Positions 46,501 to 61,329 are shown, counted from the stretch's first letter. The stretch: DNA of 64,000 bases from Antedon mediterranea (GCF_964355755.1 NC_092677.1:10934101-10998100), one strand, 5' to 3'. Numbers and translations are program-made. The notes: a model not told the origin generated them from the sequence alone.

Positions 46501-49500
46501 TTACTGCTTCGTTCCCACGCATAACCCTTCATAGGCTATGCGTTGGGCATTGTTTTTTTTATTGCAAACCCATGAAGTATTGTCATGGTAAGGGTACGGT
46601 AGGTTTATAGTCAGATTGTATTGACAATGGACACCAAAGCCTTGAATCTGAATTTAGCCAAAATTAGGGTTGGGATTATACTTGAGCATGGGATTATACT
46701 TGAGCCAGTGCATTATGATATTTCATAAATTCCATATATTGAAGTTTGGTCAAAAGTTACCATCTGGGAAAATTCCTACTCTTACAAATCTGTTCATCTT
46801 CTTTACATTGTTTATTCCACAATGTTAAGCTCTGTCTACACTATCAAACTTTATGTGACATCCCTATATATATGGACATATTGATGTCATATCACTACCA
46901 TATTTGATTGGGCATATCAAACTTTTTGATAGTGTAGACAGAGGTTAAAAAAATAAATTTTAAAAACTGTATACCAACCTCCACCATGTCTTCTATATTG
47001 TACATGAAAGGACTCTGACCAAAATTTGTGACTACAACTTCACCTGGAGTATGTAAGCCTACTATAGGGTACAATTTACTCTGTAAATAAAATAGAATGT
47101 TTGTTAACAGTAACACCATTAGCAAACAGGCGACTGTGTTAACCTGCGGGACATATTTTACTAGAATGTAAAGGACATAAATTCGCCAGATGTGGTAGGA
47201 TGTACATTTGACCATTTTCCTTTGTTACTGTACTTAGTTATTTATCATACACTTATACTTACAGGTAAATTTGTAAATGCAACACCTACAAAAAAAAAAG
47301 AAATTATTAAATATTTGTATCCCTAATGTGTTTGGGTAAATTAAGGTAGATTTATAAAATCTTTGATGTTTAAAATGTTAAATGTCATTAATAAAGTGAA
47401 GCCTTATTCACCAATAAAATGTATGCTAATTTAGGAACATTTCTGACATATTTATTATCACTGATTAATTTATACAGTTACAAACATGTCACAAATAAAT
47501 GTAACATATATTTAGTTAGATCAGACATGGAATATAAACTATATTCCTGTTTCTATATAAGTTACACATAAATCCGAATCTTTGCCCTGTATCTCATATT
47601 GCTTTAAATGTTCAGTATCATTCATAGGCAAATTCAATGTCACATATTAATCACATGTGATACCTGTATTATGTTAAGGTTTATTGAATGCCATAACTTA
47701 CCAAGATGTAAACCATTTTTTGTATAGAAGCAGGTATTATCAATGAGGTTAATTCCGCAGCCAATCACATCACCCGTAGTAAATGTAGGACCGTATGGAC
47801 GTCCCATACCAGTCGTTGTACTGGTTGAATTGTGAATTTGCCCACTGTCACCATGGTAACCATATGAGTATTTGCCATAACCTAAGGAAAAGTTATATTT
47901 GTAAAAATATTTATTTAGTATTATTAGGAAGAATTGGGTGAAAACAACGTCTAAAATTGTTTCTTCAGTAATATTATTGCACAAAGTACTGTACAGTCGC
48001 AATATCCGACACGTCCTCTGGGCTAAAGACCAAAATATCCAGTTTTCAGAAAGTTTGTTTTTACAATTTATTTGCGCCGCATTTTTAATACAGGAGTATA
48101 GAAAAGACTTTTAGAACAATAAGATAACTTTGATTTTAGCAGAGTTCTCGGGTCTCAAGGAATTTAATTTTGGAAAAGCTGAATAGTACTGTAAAAAATT
48201 AAAATCTAAAACGTCATTATATTTAAATATATATACAGTATATTAATAGTATACTATCTGTACTAGTAATAATACTATGCATTGCTTAAGTCAAGTTGAT
48301 GTAATTATCATTAAACAGGTGATAGTGTCTGTTACAGCAACCTTAACCTTTGGCTACCCTGATTTAATGACCTAATTTGAGACAGAATTAAGTATGTATG
48401 ATTATGTGTACCAGATAAAAATACCATATGAAAAATTATATAAAGTAGATTTTCAAAATATAAATATTTATTATTAAGGTTTGATTTATTATTTAAGCTA
48501 ATGTATTAATGTAATAGCTTGATTTTTTTTCCATATGAAATTATATAAATATGATATTTAATATATAAATATTTATAAATGTTTGATTTATTATTTAAGC
48601 TAATGTACTAGCTTGATTATATCCAAAATGTCTGGTTTTTGGAAAGACTGTTTTTCCAAACAGAATTCTGAATTTGATTTTGGAGAAGTTGAAGAAGATG
48701 CTGTCAGTGTCAGTCATCACACTACCATTTTATGAAATATTTAATTATTCTGGGCAACCTCTTCAGTCAAAGACTGGTCTCCCAGAGGGCCCAGTTATGA
48801 TCACTGGCTGTGATGTACTGTACTAATACACCGGGGTAACCCCCTACTCGTCTCAAAAGATGTACTAGGTTCTTTAAAGTGCACATTAGATACAGTAGAT
48901 GTGTACACTGGACCTACGGTTTATAGTCCTTATCCGAAAAGATTTGTTGTACCACCAAATGGCTACGTAAATTACGGTTTCGCTGTCTTAACCGCTCGGC
49001 CACTCACTCACTACTCACTAATAATTTTATTCTTTTTTAAAATCATAATCCTTGTCCTTATACCAATTATAATCACAATCTTTATCATCATCATAATTTA
49101 TCTCACCTGGAAGTTTGTTCAGGCTAACATCTTTTACTGAGAGTCCAATGCCTATATAACTAATGATAAAGAAAACAAAACGTAATTAGTGATAAATTAC
49201 ATAGTAATTCTAAAATAACGTTTTAAACAAGAAAAAGAAAAGATTGTTCTTCATTGTGAAAATCAAAGTCTGTGAGGAATTGGAAATTTGAGGATTTTAA
49301 CCAATTTAACACAAAAATAGTAACAAAGGTCACTGTACTATCCTAGAGGCCTGGAATAAAGGTTTTGAAGATTCCATTTTCAGAATCAACTAAAAAAGTT
49401 ACAGGCAATAATTAGAATTTATGAATTTATATTCAACAAATATAGACGTCAAGATGCTCTTCAGGTGGAATGCCATCCTGAGATGAGAGCGCTTCGTCTT

Positions 49501-52500
49501 GTAGTAATCAATTTAATTTTAATTTTTAATTTGTACATAATTTTCATTTTCCATGGATTTGAGATTCTAAAATAAAAGATTGAATAAATTTTATTAAAAA
49601 ATAAAGTTATGTAAATTTTCTGTACTAACGAATGTCCTTTGCAATTTAGGTTTAATGTTCTTTCCCAATTTGTGCATTCAAGTGTCATCTCTGTGAAAAT
49701 AGTATGATGACTTTCAGTATGACAATTGTATCAAATTATCAGATTAGTTAATCTATTGGGAAATAATAATTAATTTAATTATCCGTGTTTACCAAGAAAG
49801 TTTAAAATAATCAATGGATGGAGATTGAAAAGGGGGACGCAACGACATGGGGTTAATGTAACGTACATCAACATAGTGTGTTTACTGTAGATACAGTGGG
49901 TAACCTTGTAGTATTTATTAACGGACGGAAACCTAAAAAAACATAGGATTATCACTGAGGATGTGCAAACAAAGAATGATTGTGGGGAGGGGGATGTGAA
50001 TGAGAGGGGTAAGAAAGGGGGAGGGGAGAGAATTACGATAGATAGTGATGATGACTCTCTGTAGAGGTGTTGGAAAATTAAAATTATTATCAGCACATGT
50101 ACAGTAGGCAATAGACAATACAGTAATACTTTATTTAAATAAGTGTTGAGTCCACGTTAAGTCTGTACTAGTAATACATTAGACTGACCTTTGTTATAAA
50201 AACATGGCATTCAGAAGAAGACATGAGTTGATATGCAAGTACTGTATGACATTTCAAATATTAATATAGTTGATAAATGCATTGCATAATCAACCAAAGT
50301 AGATGAAATATACTTTAAATTCTATGAAAACCCTCAGTGAGTGAGTAACGTTAGCATATTTAATTATGCAGGGTAAAGAAACATAGGTTAAAAAACAATA
50401 GAACCCCTGTTAAGGGAGTAAAGCGCAGGATTTGCTATTATTTGCTATTTTTGCAATTACACAGCTATTTGTTTGCTATTAATTGCTATTTTTGCTGTAT
50501 CAGGTATAGCAATTACACAGCTATTTGTTTGCTATTAATTGCTATTTTTGCTGTATCAGGTATAGCAATTACACAGCTATTTGTTTGCTATTCTATTGCT
50601 ATTTTTGCTGTATCAGGTATAGCAATTACACAGCTATTTGTTTGCTATTCTATTGCTATTTTTGCTGTATCAGGTATAGCAATTACACAGCTATTTGTTT
50701 GCTATTCTATTGCTATTTTTGCTGTATCAGGTATAGCAATTACACAGCTATTTGTTTGCTATTCTATTGCTATTATTGCTGTATCAGGTATAGCAATTAC
50801 ACAGCTATTTGTTTGCTATTCTATTGCTATTTTTGCTGTATCAGGTATAGCAATTACACAGCTATTTGTTTGCTATTAATTGCTATTATTGCTGTATCAA
50901 GTATAGCAATTACACAGCTATTTGTTTGCTATTCTATTGCTATTTTTGCTGTATCAGGTATAGCAATTACACAGCTATTTGTTTGCTATTAAATTGCTAT
51001 TATTGTTGTATCAGGTATAGCAATTACACAGCTATTTATTTGCTATTATTTGCTATTATTGCTGTATCAGGTATAGCAATTACACAGCTATTTGTTTGCT
51101 ATTCTATTTCTATTTTTGCTGTATCAAGTATAGCATTTACACAGCTATTTGTTTGCTATTTATTGCTATGACCAATCCTGCACCTTAGTGTGTTAAGGAG
51201 ACACTGTTTGGACCTAAGAAAGTGTTCTCTTAGGGTGTTCTCTTAATAGGGGTGTCCTCCGATTAGGTCGACTTATGCATACAGTATTGCCACTTTGTTC
51301 TTTAAAGTGTCCCCTTGTAGTTGTACAATACTATTGTATGGAACTGGGTGAAATCTTTGTAGAGGCTGGGACATACAGTATGAGGATATGAGAGCAGGCA
51401 GGAATCTCACAATGATTAATAATGTTGACAATGTACAGTATACAACAACCATACTATGTTTTTTAAAGTATTATTTTTTGTAATCAAATCAGTAATTGTA
51501 TTCATGAATGAAGCCTATTGTATGCAAAGGTGGATGTTGTAGTAATGTACTACACAGCACTGTAGATTAGTTTGCACTCTGTACCACCAGCCAAGGTCAA
51601 ATTTCATTGACTGTAATAGTAATTTTATGCAAGTCTGTATGTAGGATGTAAACATGTAAAATCATTATCATAATCTAAATGGAAATTCCCTACTTCCTTA
51701 ATCTAAGTACAATATACTTTGTCAGTCACAGTAATAATACAGTACAGTACAATAAAACCTTCCTTTTGGGACACCCCTATTAACGGTACACTTTGCTGTG
51801 AAATGAATGAATATACTGTACTGTATAGTACAGCATGTTTTACCACTATGGCTAACCTCTATTTAGGGGACACACTATTAAGGGACACTTTCCTGTGAAA
51901 TGAATTAGGGATACAGTACAGTGATTGAATCACTATGGCTAACCTCTATTTAGGGGACACCCCATTAAGGGACCCTTTCAAATGAAATGAATGAGGGATA
52001 TATAGTAATAGTATGCTGTACACACTATGGCCAACCTCTATTTAGGGACACCCCATTAAGGGAACTCTTTCAAATGAAATGAATGAGGGATATACAGTAC
52101 ATGTTGTAACACTATGGCCAACCTCTACCAAGTGGACATTTTCTGTTGAGTCCTTGTGTTGCTAGAGGGAAGGATTAACCAGTACGGCATTTGAAGTCTA
52201 AATAAAAGATAACCATAAATTTAAAAGAAATCTACAAAACAATAATAATGGGTGTAAACACAGTTGTTGCTATTCAACACAGTGTGTCCATAGAAAGAAA
52301 TCAAGCTAGAAGATACACACATTACAGTAGAGAGTTATAGTATTAAAAATCATTCAATTCATCGAGTATGCAATGCAATAACCATTGTTTGTGTTATGAA
52401 TCGACAATCTGTTGTTGACATAAAGGTTCAACTCATTTGCATGTTTAACCCCCAAATGAATTGAATAATCAATGACCTTATTAAATGACCAGTGGGTCAA

Positions 52501-55500
52501 CGTACTGACAATAATCATAATTATAAATTATCTTCACCGTTTACCTACTGCCAAGTCATTTACAACAAAATAAAAATTGTAATTTTTTTCCAGATGTTTA
52601 TAATTATCTTTGTGCCAGTTTTACTGAATTACAGCAAATTTCTAAATGTTTTCCAAAGTTTGTTGCTGTACAGAACTTCATTAAAATGTGAATATATTGA
52701 ACTATATTCAAACTTGACTACTGTACTGTACTGTACTGTAGCTGCTGTTCAAACGAATCTTATCATAGCGTCAATTTACAGACAAAAAGACATCTTCCAT
52801 GATAAAAAGTTACAATGATTTTTGATATGCAGTATTAAGCCTGTTTACTAAAGCTGTGTTTACACGCTCTTTTTGGAGTAAAATATACAGTGACTGTTAC
52901 ATTTCATCTTGCTCTGCGTTCAAACATGTATGGTCTAACGTTACATCAGATATAACTCTTTATCAGAATTTTATTTCAATTCCAATTGCAGTATAAAATC
53001 ATATAAGTCAATTGGTAGGTATTAAAAATATTAACAAAACATGGCCTCTAAAGTATTGCTTGACAATAAATAATATTTTGCAAACTTTTTGAAACTATTT
53101 ACATTTTGTATGTTTTGGATCGAAAGAGGCAATATAAAGTAATAGTCCAACAGTTTTATCAGTTCTATATTTAGATTACCTTGTGACTTAGTAACTTGCA
53201 TTTCATTGTTTTTATATTTTAGTTTCTTCATACACACTTTGTACAAAATTGGTGTAAACAATGACGGGTATGAACAAGAGGCTCATGGGATATCAGGATA
53301 TAGATCAAACAACAAATTTCATGTGTAGTATTATCTGAATAATCTATGAGATTGTTCTGTTTACATAATTGTTTTGGTTTGAACTAGAAAATTACAAGAA
53401 CAAAGCGCCCGTTTTGTATATTGTACAGTATCTCCATGGTATTATGTGTCCAGTATCACAGGCAAATTCTAGTGTCACATGCATCACATGTTGTGCCTAT
53501 ATTAATGTTATGGTATATGATACAGGCATCACATGTTGCACCTGTTTTATGTTATGGTATGATACAGACATCACATGTTGAACCTGTATTACGTTATGGT
53601 ACATGATACAGGCATCCACATGTTGCAGCTGTATTATGTTATGGTATGATAGTTGATACAGACATCACATGTTGAATCTGTATTATGTTATGGCCTATGA
53701 TACAGACATCACATGTGCTATTCTGTAAGAATTGACAGTACCTGTGATCCTGTACAATTATAGATACAGGGTATTTAAAACTGTCTGAACAAAGCTGGGT
53801 TTACAAATAATAAAGATCATACTGTACAGTAACAGAATATAAATGATATCCTTCCTTAGATGAGATGATGGAGATAGTTCCCAAAGGTATCAAAACAAAT
53901 CAGTATGGTGGCACAGTAGTAAACAATGGAACAAATAGAACCTGTGCAGCTAACTAACAACGTACAATATTGGAAATGGGAACAAAGAAAGGTCAAAATC
54001 TCCATGATTCAAAGACCAGTGACTGTAGTCAGTATTACCACAAGTTAAACTCATTGAGCAATTGGGAAAATAACTGTAGGCAAGTCTTCATCTGCAGTGG
54101 AGGATCAATTATAGGATTTTTTTTAATTTGGGTTTGGGTGAGAATGAGGGATAGGGGGCAAGGGGGTTGGGTTGTGATAGGGGAAGTGTTAGAAATGGTA
54201 AAATGAATTCCTACTATTCTAACTGTATAATATGTCCCTTTTTTTCAATGCAATTTATGACTGTATGACACTGGACAGGGCTTCCTTGGATTTACATACA
54301 TGAATATGATTCGACTTGAACACTAGCATTACATTGAAAACTAAATTCGATCAGTAGATTTATCTTTGTTTCTGTTTGGGTAGCCCTAGTTAACAATTAG
54401 GACAAGTTCCCACCATATTCAACACAATATACTACTAATGTCTGTGATATATTCTGAAACTGGCAATTGGGCTACTGTACTACAGTATTAGGAATCCACA
54501 TTTATCCATCCAATGGGAGAAAGAAACTAAAATTTAGCCCAATTAGCATCATGTTTATGTTTATTTCAGTAATAACTATTCATTGTTTAAAAGTATGCCA
54601 AGCATTTTCATGATTAGTAAATGCAATCATTTTCAAAATAAATTTACCCAACAAAAACATAAAATGCTCTAACACTGACAAGGCAGGAGGTGCCTGAATC
54701 CGGGATGACCGAGACACAACTGGTGCTGACCGGGGTTCAATTAGACCGATCCCTGGCGACGAAGGCATATCTCCTTACTTCGGTTTGTTTTTTTTGTTGA
54801 CATGGTTGGAATCCCCTATTTTCGTATTAGTTTATGTACAGCGCTTAGAGGTTTCACAACATTAGGCGCTATATATAAAATCCAGGATATTATATTATCC
54901 AGGATATTATTATTATTAATGCAATTGTTTTTTATGTCAGTAAAAAAATCCAGATTTGAACCCCATAACTTTGCAATGGATAGGCAAGCAAATTTACCAA
55001 CAAAGCTTTCCACTTGTAATTATACAAATAGATCATGCAGCACATAACACAGCATACAAACGACCATTTTCTGTCACCTGATTTAAAAATGCTATCTTTC
55101 TGTATTAAAAATCTATGACTAACATTAACAAATCATCATACTACTAAGTACAATACACTCACTCTTTATGTTTTTAGTATTAATTATAAATAATCTTTGA
55201 CATTACAATATTTAATATATTATTAATATATTATCAATATCATTATAGTTATACTATGTATGAATGACATAATAAATCGAATCTGAATCTGTATTTATTT
55301 AATAAATCTGCACTTCCTTTTCTTTTAATAATATATAATATTAATAATTAATTCATTATTATATTGTTTAGTCATAGATGCTGGTATTTGCCAAGAATCT
55401 TTCAATGTTCAAATGGCAGTGTTTCCTGGAAATTAGCGGCGATGCATCATAAAGGGATTTGCAGTAGATAATGTTAAAGTCGGCTGCAACTAGATTCATT

Positions 55501-58500
55501 TAATTGCAACGGATTACATTTAATATTATTCAACTACTGCATGTCAACTGAAATGTTTCTTAAGCTCTGTCTACACTATCAAACTAGTTTGACAAAAATG
55601 GACAAATATGGTAGTGATATGTTCAACTATGGTAGTGATTTCACATATTGTAGTGTATATTGTGGACAAAAAATCACTATCCACAATATACACTACAGGT
55701 AACCCTGTTAAAGCCTATATTTCTGTTGGAATTCAAACATTATTTATTATTATCTGTCTGAACATAAATTTCAATAAAAAAGCACTTAGGGTGCAGTATG
55801 TTCAGATGCATGGAATTACGCTTTCGTATCGCAAGCAATGAATTAGAGTCGTAGCAGCAAAGTTTTCAGACTCGCTTAACTAACGCTTTCGTTACAAACT
55901 GAAGTGTCACTGATTTGGGCAAACATTTGGTGAGTGCATGCAGTGAGTAAATTTGATTGGTTGGATGTCAAAATTGTTGATGATGTATCATAAGCGTTGT
56001 TTACTAATCTTGTACCTTGAGCAGTCGTAACGAATGAAAGATGGCTTCTACTAATCTGTTCCTGGCTCACCCAACATGTATGGAGTTGTACGCCACATGT
56101 GATATAAAAGCATGACTCCATAAGTCTGAACAGGCCCTTAAATAATGTTAAACTTGTTTTCAGAAATTAACCTGGCATATAGATCTGCATACTGTAGAGT
56201 TTAGACATAAACATTTAAAATTCACTCATTGTGACATCTAAAATCAATTGTCTACTGTCTATTATTTTTACTCGGGGTACCCGAGTCTAGAACTCTCTCA
56301 TCTTCTACTCCATCCGACACTATTCAAGTAAAAAGTGCGATTTATAAAGTACTACTCCTCCCTTATTCGTTGTAGTAATGAGCTGGGATTTGGCATGAAT
56401 ATACTACAGGGACATGTCCTCAAAGCCAGATTTTAAAATTTCAAACCGGATGAAGCCATATCACGTCTCGAAGATGGTACCGTATAGCAGTATTTGGTAG
56501 CGAGGTTATTGATGTGTATGTGACGTCACATCCGGTCTTATGACGTCATTACAGCTTCTTTTGCTGCTATACCCCGAGTATCGCACATTCGTGCTTGTTA
56601 ATAGGAAAAACTTACCCATCACGACCTTTGCTAATAATCTTGACCTCAAAATAATAGATGCCACAAGAAGCAGGTATAGAATGTGTCGCCTTCACAGCTG
56701 CTGCATCTTTCTGTGCTTTGCCTGTTAAAAATAATTTTATAAAATAATTGAAATTGATTAATACAACAATTTATGATACAACTTTTATATTAGAATCTTG
56801 GGCCTTTACAATTTTTGAAAATCAGATGGATTAAATGGGGAGGGGGAAGCTTGCTTGGATCTGCCTATGTGTACTCACTTAAGAATATCTGTACGCCCAA
56901 TCATAATGTCAGACCATATTCATTATCACATTTTTAAGAAGATTTATAAATTGTCAATAACAATATTTATCCATCAAAAAAGTAAAATTAAGCCCCAATT
57001 TGGCAGTTTCCCAAATGCAAATGAGAAATTGTTTGAAATTGTAAATAAAAATACTGTTTGTTTGTGTACTAATTATTTATTCTTAAGAATTGTTTACAAA
57101 ATAGAATCTACTACCTCATGATCATGTAACTAAATCTCCCACAGAATGTTACCATAGGTTTGACATGAGTAATCGGACACCTGCAGTTCATGTGCATTTT
57201 ATAATATGAACTGGCATTTTATAATTATGTTAATCCACAGACTAAATACAATGAAATTATCAATAACAAATTTTTATTAAAGGGCTTGTTTTTTAAACAA
57301 TCATATTATATAATTTGTTATTTATTATAAATTATAAATAAATTAAAATTATAAATTATATAAGCACTATAATTTGTTATGAGTGAGGAATTACATTATA
57401 TAGTCCGGTGGCAGAAGAGGTGGGGGAGGGGCCAAATTGGCTCCCAACTTTTCTAGCCAAAATGGCTTTCATCAGCACCTCTCAATATTTTTAGACAGAA
57501 ATTTCATCGCCAGATTTTAGTGGTGTGTTCAAACACTCAGCGTGTCGCATCCACTGAATGTTAGACATCCACTCAATGTTATATGTGGTAAAACAATTTT
57601 TCATACACCTTTCTAGATGGGAAGTCACTTGAAAATATATGAATGGAAGAGAATGAATATTTTCCAGATGTTTTAATATTTTTCGTATTAATTTCTTGAA
57701 AAAAAAACCCCAATTTTTTTTTTAATGCAGTGACAACATTTGCATGTGGGCGCTGCAGCTGGTGGGAACTATGTCATATCCCATTACATGGCCAAGGTAT
57801 GTCACAGAGGCAAAGGCATAGTAACTAAACCTACACACACTACTGTACAGTAGGTCCTTGGTAATTATATAATTTGAGGATGTGGTTAAGTTTAGTTTCA
57901 TAAGAAACAAAGACAAAATAAGTGTAATTGTTATTTATGCTAGTTAATCTTATCATGTAATGTAATACAGGATCGGCAGGAAATGATTATAAAACCAAAC
58001 CAGGACAAAAATGTGGTGAAAAGGTATGATTAGTACTAGCCCAACAAACAATGGCTAGTAAAAAATACTGCCGACTAGAGGCAATACAATATATTAAATG
58101 CTTGTAAAAAATTAGCGTCAAAAAGCCTCAACATAAGTGTACTGATGTTTAATTATAGTTAGATTTGACTTTTTGCAAAATTATAAGTGGGATAGTAAAA
58201 TTTAGGTAAATAATGTTTAGATAGTAGTCCAATGGGATGATATTTCTTTGTTTTTTTTTGGTGTTTTTTTTTATCTGTTTTTTATTTGTTGTATATGGAA
58301 TATTTATTCTGAAATAAAGTGTTCAATTCAATTCAGAACAAAAAATAAATAAAGCACCGGTACAGTACATGGTAATTTTAACAGATTCGGCGTAGATAGA
58401 ATCAACAAAAAGATAAGAAGTTTGAGTTTGTACAAGCTTGCCCTATTGTTAGCCACAGAAAAGATATCCCTTTGCTTAAAACATGCTTATTAATTACTGT

Positions 58501-60092
58501 ACATGTCCAAGCATAGGCTAGAAGATTTACTCGAAAAGTGTCCAAATCCATGGAACATTTCACAATGATACAGTTGTTGGTATGAATCAGATAATGGTTC
58601 ATGGTTAAAGCTCTGTCTACACTATCAAACTTGTTTGACAAAAAAAATGTGATGTACCCAAATATGGTAGCGATATGCCAAAATTTGGAAGTGATATGAC
58701 ATTACACATTTTTTTGTAACATAAAGTTTGATAGTGTAGACTGAGCTTTAGAGTATATTCCTCGCATATTATATAATGTACCTTTTAGTTTTATTATGCA
58801 AGATATGAGGATTCATTAAGAATACATTCACATTACTTGAGTTAACAATTCAGCTATTGGCTTGAAAACTTGTATTAAATCATTTATTCATTTTCCACTG
58901 TTTTCAATTATTTCATTCTTCTAATGAAATTAGGATTTCTACAGAGATAAACAGTTTAATTTACTATGACCTCAAAGGTCAATTGGTGAAAATTAAATTT
59001 GATTGTTTTGATATAGTATAGAAAGTGCATGAACTAAAATAGTTTAATAAACAAAGGTTCAAGGATGACAAATAGTAAACAATAAACAATAGAAAAGTGT
59101 TGGTACAGGTATTAGACTATTAATTATTAGAAATGTTTCATATACTAACTGTATAAGAAGATAGCTGTACTAGTACTACCCACTATTCTTGTATTAAGCC
59201 TTTGCATTATTTTATCATTTTTGGATGTGTGCACATTCTAAATAATATCAATTAGGGCAAGGTTTTCAAAAGAAATGGTGTAAGAAAGTGTGACGATTTA
59301 AAATACCAAATGAGGGCGCTATGTAATTTACCTTAGGTTCTTTGCGCTTTTTCGTAATACAGAAAGTTGAAATGATTTTTCTGTATTTTTGTTTTTTTTT
59401 AATGTTATTGCTATTGAAATTATGTGATTATTAAAAATTATAGGATATAATCATGTATGTACATGTGTATAACATTAAAAACAACATTGTTCAATTCTTT
59501 AATCATGCAAACATTACTGGCAATCATTTCATCACAAAGGTGTTTTACTATACTATACTCATTATCATGACCAAGCATAAGCAGGCTGTCTGCTGGTAGC
59601 TGAAAAAATATAATCAGCTGATCGTTGCTCTTTTTTACAGAGGCCTAACTACACGTCCGATTTCTGTAAACACTCTTGCAAATATATTAAATAGGAGTAA
59701 GAATACACATACAGAAACGTAAAGCATTATTAAACAAACACTAGGCCTACATATTTCAAATATGATGAGAACAAGGCTACGCCAAAAGGAGGGTCTCTGA
59801 CGAAATAGAGAGTGAGTCATAACCAATTCGCCAACAAAACAAACCAGAGACAACTAAAAACGTCAGCCATCATCGACAGCTCAGACTAACCTTTTCCTTT
59901 GTAGTGTACACGGAGATTGCCTTGTGACAGGCCTATAAATGTAGATTTATCATTGCAACTCCATGAATGTGGTAAAGGAGTTTCATCTTCATTTACTGCA
60001 GGGTATAACCCCTTTATTCGATCTAAGGAAGTGCTAGATAAAGGATTATGTCCAGCTTCAGAACTCGTACTACTAGCTCCGTCAGCCGCCAT
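43582..60092 (-). CDS. RANBP9: Ran-binding protein 9/10 (SPRY-LisH-CTLH-CRA; CTLH/GID E3 scaffold). Exons approx. 60092-59891, 56721-56616, 49159-49107, 47881-47702, 47285-47263, 47080-46979, 45960-45765, 45421-44783, 44620-44463, 43964-43854, 43711-43582
   Basis: [187 protein letters not shown]; GT-AG junctions. Confidence 0.93.
44037..44145. mobile_element. Harbinger-type MITE copy (internally shortened)
   Basis: Perfect TIRs agctctgtctacactatcaaac / gtttgatagtgtagacagagct. Confidence 0.85.
45582..45743. mobile_element. Harbinger-type MITE copy
   Basis: Same TIRs; lies ~20 bp from a RANBP9 donor site. Confidence 0.85.
46828..46945. mobile_element. Harbinger-type MITE copy
   Basis: agctctgtctacactatcaaac ... 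ttgatagtgtagacagaggt. Confidence 0.8.
48745..49012 (-). mobile_element. tRNA-derived SINE copy, internally deleted (same family as 34020-34357)
   Basis: A-box TGGCCGAGCGG on the minus strand and a shared body; the B-box region is missing. Confidence 0.65.
50431..51170. repeat. Minisatellite, 56-57 bp x ~13
   Basis: Unit ctattgctatttttgctgtatcaggtatagcaattacacagctatttgtttgctatt; 19-aa periodicity in the spurious ORFs. Confidence 0.95.
51765..52140. repeat. Tandem ~90-bp repeat x ~4, derived from a dispersed element
   Basis: cactatggctaacctctatttaggggacac...attaagggac.ctttc...tgaaatgaat repeated. Confidence 0.75.
53478..53716. repeat. Minisatellite, ~42 bp x ~5
   Basis: tgatacaggcatcacatgttgcacctgtattatgttatggta units. 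Confidence 0.85.
55563..55645. mobile_element. Truncated Harbinger-type MITE (one end only)
   Basis: agctctgtctacactatcaaactagtttgaca; no matching right TIR. Confidence 0.65.
56263..56599 (+). mobile_element. Helentron/DINE-1-like non-autonomous rolling-circle element
   Basis: T-run then subTIR TACTCGGGGTA with an adjacent inverted copy (cccgagt). The 3' subTIR TACCCCGAGTA (56570-56580) is followed by the hairpin GCAC-attc-GTGC and TTGTT. No TSD. Confidence 0.6.
58609..58747. mobile_element. Harbinger-type MITE copy
   Basis: agctctgtctacactatcaaac ... gtttgatagtgtagactgagct. Confidence 0.85.
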
Positions 60093-61261
60093 GATAAATT
60101 CTATACTAATGTATAGGAAAACAAAGATTGAAGAATGACCTTCCGTAAACACTTTATTAAAAACATTTGTTCCAAATATAATTGATATTTTTATAAATAT
60201 TAAACATAATTTGGGCTTTTCTATTTAATTGAACATTTTTTATATTTATTTTTCTAATTATTATAATAAATAAATTATATTTAAATATATTTGATGATGA
60301 AATAAATATACTTTTTATTTAGTCTGTTACTTTTGACCGCACGATTATCATCAAAAGGGGTGACAAGATTAATTAAATAACAAACACGAATGTATATATA
60401 AATAAAAATTGAAAAAAATAATAATATACTTAAAAATAAAATCATGTTAATAATAAATTACCCCTAATTAATTAATTATGATTATATATATATATATTTT
60501 TAATGAAATATTATGAATGCCACCCTCACAAAACAATGTACGATTCGTGTTGGTGATAAGGGTCTTTAAATAGTATTGTTTCTAATCAAAGGGGAAGTGA
60601 ATATTATAATCAATTTTTTGCTACTAAATTATCATTTTGATGAATATTGTAATACTTACTGTGAAATATTATTATATCATTATTATCTTCATCCAATAAA
60701 ATTAGCTCAGGTCTATGTAAAATAGGGGGTAAGTCACCTTTAAATTTAGAGAACGAATTAAACAAATTCTCCCTCACCATTTTTCCAAATTTCCACATTC
60801 TTAATCTTACGAGACATATAACATAAACATAAAAATGTTGGCCTATAATACCCACATGAAGAGGAATCTCGTCATATGAATCATTTATTGGTGACTATTT
60901 TTTCTATAACATTGTTCAATCGGTGTATTTCAACATTTGAGATCCTCCTTGAATGATTTTTTGTTCTCAAAACATGCAATACGTACCACCATAATTATCA
61001 TAATCCCTCAAGACAAATATAACTCCCTCGGGGGCATCTCAAACGTTATAATACACCACCTCTAAGCAGTCATTTTAGTAGTAAAACACAAGGGTCGATC
61101 GCGCGCGACCCATATTATTCATATTGACATCATTTTGACGCTATTATTGTTGTAGAATTGGTGGCCGCCGCCTCCGTGTGGTAAGCCAGACCATATATTA
61201 TATATAATTGTTCCTTTTCTTTTTTTAAAAACTTTTTCTTTTTGTCCTTATCTTATTTTTT

Positions 61262-61329
61262 AGGGAGGCGTTTATTCGAGGGAGGCGTTTATTCGAGGGA
61301 GGCGTTTATTCGGGGGAGGCGTTTATTGG
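61262..61329. repeat. 17-bp tandem repeat x4 (GGGAGGCGTTTATTCGA)
   Basis: Four adjacent copies; typical of the subterminal repeats of small DNA transposons. Confidence 0.8.

Noticed and set aside
50442-51171. Cys/Tyr-rich or hydrophobic repeat proteins of 100-155 aa
   Set aside because: They arise from a 57-bp intronic minisatellite and start at non-ATG codons.
55787-56138. Possible TIR element (ggg...tgttcagatgcatgg / ccataagtctgaacaggccct)
   Set aside because: The inverted match is too short and degenerate, with no second copy in the window.
19712-60092. Functional ubiquitin-pathway cluster (TRIM-like, UBE2C, RANBP9)
   Set aside because: UBE2C serves APC/C and RANBP9 serves CTLH, and the TRIM-like proteins lack a RING; adjacency alone is not evidence of a shared pathway.
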